Assembly (NCBI RefSeq): GCF_000711695.1
Contig: NW_013547018.1
Location: 310,001-374,000, forward strand
Reading direction: 5' to 3'
Source of the DNA: Tilletiaria anomala UBC 951
Taxonomy: Eukaryota
Length of the DNA: 64,000 nt
Shown in pieces: positions 61,417-64,000 of the stretch. The notes beneath the pieces were generated by a model. That model was not told where the DNA came from. It worked only from the letters and a program-made list of their open reading frames with translations, and did no database searches. Both the position numbers and the translations under genes were made by a program. Positions within the stretch are counted from its first letter, which is position 1; each line of letters begins with the position of its first letter.

Positions 61417-64000
61417 TCAGTTGATATCCTCGTGCGTGAAGATCTCGGCACTTTGTGCCTCAGTATATCGGCTGAGCAGACTGCTCTGGCTGCCTTGGAC
61501 ATTGCCGGAGGACTTGTTTGTGTAGGCAGTGGCGTACATGTCTGCGGCTGAAATGGGTCCAGACGGGGCAGTAGAGCTCGACGACGTCTGCGCTCGGTCT
61601 GATGTAAGGCGCAGCTTTGGCGGCGGCTTGGCTGCTCGCATGGCTGCAGCAACCTCCGGAGCGAGCCAGAATGTGTCCTCTTTGGCCGCAGCATCTTCGT
61701 GCGAGCTGTCATGTGAGCTGTCGGAAGGCGCAGGAGCGTAGGCTTTGTGTTGCTGCCGAGCCTCAGTTCGCCGCAGGTCATTCGTTGAGTTGCGCGGCGC
61801 TGCAATGTGCGCTGGCGACACATGTGTGGGTTGCTCGGCGTCAACCGGAGCAGGCGCGGGTGATGCTGGCAGACCATCAAGGTGCTGGGACGGAGAAAGC
61901 GGCAGCGTTCCGTTGCCGGCTTTCCTCGTTGGCCGCACAACCGCGAAGCCTCTTTCACCATTTTCGGGTTCGGCTGGAGTAGACAGCTCGTCTTGCTGGT
62001 CGTGTTCTTGTTCTCGTCGCTTGCCTTTTGCTAATCTGAGACCGCTGAGCGTTGCGTTGATCTTCGCAAGCCCTGCCCACTGACGCGTCCTAAGCTCGCC
62101 ACCAGCACCCCATTCTGCGACATCGTCTTCATCGCTGCTGCTGTCGTCGGACATGGCGATGCGGCGCCAGAATACCCTCATCCCTCGCTTTTTGTGAGGC
62201 GCTTCCCCGTCGGTACCAGCTGCAGGCGCCCAACCGACCTCGTGCTGTGGCAGATGCTGGTGGTGCTGGTACAGGTACTGCTGCTGTTGCGAGTTTGCCA
62301 GGCGACCAAAGGGCCCATTGGCCTGCGGGGACGGACGCGCATACGCGGTACCTGCGCTCGAAGGTGGCGGCAACTGATAAGGCTGCTCGTCCGTCGCGCG
62401 GCCACCGCCGAGGCGGACGAAGCCCGTCGGCGGGGACGAAGCCGCAGGGTCGTATGGCTGGCTGCTACTGCTCGTCAGTTGCGACTGGCTGAGAGGTGTG
62501 GGAGGCATGGCGGACATGATGGTACCCTCGTCGTGCGCGTCTGCGCGCAGGTAGGCAGCGTACGTGCCAAAATCCCGGTCGACGAGAAAAGAAGCGGTGC
62601 CAGCGCTGGTCGGAGCGGCAGTGGGGTCGGAGGAGCGCAGCGTGGAGCCGTGCAGGGGTGTGGACTGGGCGCTGTGCGCGAGCATGAGATTGTTCATGCT
62701 CGCCGTGGAGCTGTTGTGCGTTGTTGCCGCCCTCGAACGGCCCTTCTTGGCGTTGTGTTGAAGGGCTTTGTACTTACGCCTGCGCACGCGACGGAGGGCC
62801 CCGCCGATGCCGCCGTTGCGGTGGGAGAGACGCTCGTCAAAGGTGACTTTGTACGCGATGCGGATGACCACCTCGGCGCACTTGGCGAGGAAGAGAAGAA
62901 GGAAGCCGACGATGACGATGGCCTGGATGAGGAGGATGACGTAGGTGAGCCACTGGCGCGCCTGGGTGCTCAGGTTGACGATCGGCGCGAGCAGCAGGAC
63001 GAGGACGGCGGTGGTGATGCGCAAGACGCTCCAGAGGAAGCTGAGCGGGGCCATCATCGAGCCGTCGCCCCAGGGGAGCCAGAGGACGTAGGCGATGGCG
63101 AGCAAGATCTCGAGCACAAGGAAGATGATCGACTGCGCCGAGCCGCTGGCCTGGCCTGCGCCAACAACGACGCCGAGCACAAGCGAGTGGACAAATGAGA
63201 CGGCTGCGAAGAGCTGCGAGCCCGGGTGGTAGTAGTTGTACAGCGGTCCGACGGAGAGAAGCAAGGCAGGGTCCGAGTACAGCTTGGTGGTGGTGTATTT
63301 GGAGATGCGCCAGAGGACGAATGCAGGGGAAAAGACGCTGAAAGCGGCGAAGGACAGCGCGGCGAGGACGACGGTGCTGGTCGACCTGTCGGCGGCGTTG
63401 GAGAAGTGGTAGACGCTCAGGACTGTGAGCGGGAGATGGAAAAGGGTGAGCAGGCGGACGAGGTTGCCAAAAAGCGCTGCGCCGTGCATGCCGAACGCTG
63501 CAGATGCTTTGACCTTGAGGCGCTCCAACGGGTGATCCATGCCGCCCCTGCTGCAGCAGCCTCCTCCTGTGCCGCCTCCGCCACTGCCGCCATATTTTTC
63601 ATCGGCCGTGTCGTCTACCTCGAGACCAGAAGAGTGGAGCGCTTCGCGGCGCGCGCGCACATGCAGGACGGCCGCCCAGAGGGCGTCTATGGCCCAGATG
63701 GTGGCACTCGCGGCGAGCAAGGCGGCGACGAGGAGGAGCCAGATGCCGGTGGAGATGCCAAAGACGTCGCGCTGGTCGAGGCCGACCATCTGGGCGTAGG
63801 CGTCGATGCCGTTTAGGGAACCGCGGAGGTTGAGGAAGGTGTTGGGGGTGGTACTGTTGATGAACAGCGGGCTGCTGACGTTGCTTGCGATCTGGGTCGA
63901 GATGCCGACGGCGTCGCTGGCGGGGAGGAACGCGTTGCTCGTCAGCGGATTCCACAGCGCGTGCACGCCGTCAGGCTGGACAAGCGTGACGTTCCCGAGC
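61417..64000 (-). CDS. TRP-like / flavin carrier (FLC/Pkd2 family) membrane protein, 5' end outside the window
   Basis: Multiple TM helices; GPLYNYY..LVLGVVVGAGQASGSAQSIIFLVLEI..WLPW pattern; disordered C-tail. Confidence 0.8.
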   Translation of the reverse strand, partial: LGNVTLVQPDGVHALWNPLTSNAFLPASDAVGISTQIASNVSSPLFINSTTPNTFLNLRGSLNGIDAYAQMVGLDQRDVFGISTGIWLLLVAALLAASATIWAIDALWAAVLHVRARREALHSSGLEVDDTADEKYGGSGGGGTGGGCCSRGGMDHPLERLKVKASAAFGMHGAALFGNLVRLLTLFHLPLTVLSVYHFSNAADRSTSTVVLAALSFAAFSVFSPAFVLWRISKYTTTKLYSDPALLLSVGPLYNYYHPGSQLFAAVSFVHSLVLGVVVGAGQASGSAQSIIFLVLEILLAIAYVLWLPWGDGSMMAPLSFLWSVLRITTAVLVLLLAPIVNLSTQARQWLTYVILLIQAIVIVGFLLLFLAKCAEVVIRIAYKVTFDERLSHRNGGIGGALRRVRRRKYKALQHNAKKGRSRAATTHNSSTASMNNLMLAHSAQSTPLHGSTLRSSDPTAAPTSAGTASFLVDRDFGTYAAYLRADAHDEGTIMSAMPPTPLSQSQLTSSSSQPYDPAASSPPTGFVRLGGGRATDEQPYQLPPPSSAGTAYARPSPQANGPFGRLANSQQQQYLYQHHQHLPQHEVGWAPAAGTDGEAPHKKRGMRVFWRRIAMSDDSSSDEDDVAEWGAGGELRTRQWAGLAKINATLSGLRLAKGKRREQEHDQQDELSTPAEPENGERGFAVVRPTRKAGNGTLPLSPSQHLDGLPASPAPAPVDAEQPTHVSPAHIAAPRNSTNDLRRTEARQQHKAYAPAPSDSSHDSSHEDAAAKEDTFWLAPEVAAAMRAAKPPPKLRLTSDRAQTSSSSTAPSGPISAADMYATAYTNKSSGNVQGSQSSLLSRYTEAQSAEIFTHEDIN

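Noticed and set aside
62194..63816. Long plus-strand ORFs opposite the FLC gene (similar cases at 35133-36200, 20960-21931, and the alternative frame 2579-3715)
   Set aside because: Shadow ORFs expected from GC-rich codon usage; no independent motifs
1..64000. TGA-CTA readthrough giving cryptic PTS1; transposase, RT, LTR or rRNA sequences
   Set aside because: The stop contexts I checked lack the readthrough motif, and no such elements were recognised

Overview
This is eukaryotic fungal DNA. It is GC-rich and gene-dense, with short GT-AG introns (mostly 55-110 nt) and CTRAC/CTAAY branch sites, and the proteins suggest a basidiomycete, probably Ustilaginomycotina (inference). I rebuilt 16 spliced genes by hand: eIF6, cytosolic Hsp70, two Zn2Cys6 transcription factors, NF-X1/FAP1, a PKA catalytic subunit, a Zn-dependent MDR dehydrogenase, a Nup1/Nup153-like nucleoporin, TFIIF-beta, Pom33, an ACAD10/11-like acyl-CoA dehydrogenase, Isc1, Qcr9, an Ivy1-like protein, a UBX protein and a synaptojanin. 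The window also holds a partial TRP/FLC membrane protein gene, one orphan ORF, two tandem intron-containing tRNA-Leu(AAG) genes and a heavily decayed GH31 alpha-glucosidase pseudogene. Main points for follow-up: (1) an 83-nt intron joins an apparent orphan ORF in frame to the PKA kinase, predicting a ~1313-aa PKA with a ~975-aa disordered N-terminus and a non-canonical C-tail; (2) the GH31 relic lies next to a Zn2Cys6 factor with an anomalous zinc-cluster spacer; (3) the second Zn2Cys6 gene has a frameshift at a G9 tract; (4) the tRNA intron hairpins show a compensatory substitution; (5) QCR9 has a 483-nt intron; (6) a structured intergenic region carries a telomere-template-like 9-mer (speculative). 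No CRISPR array, rRNA or recognisable transposon was found. All calls come from manual translation and motif recognition; no searches were run.
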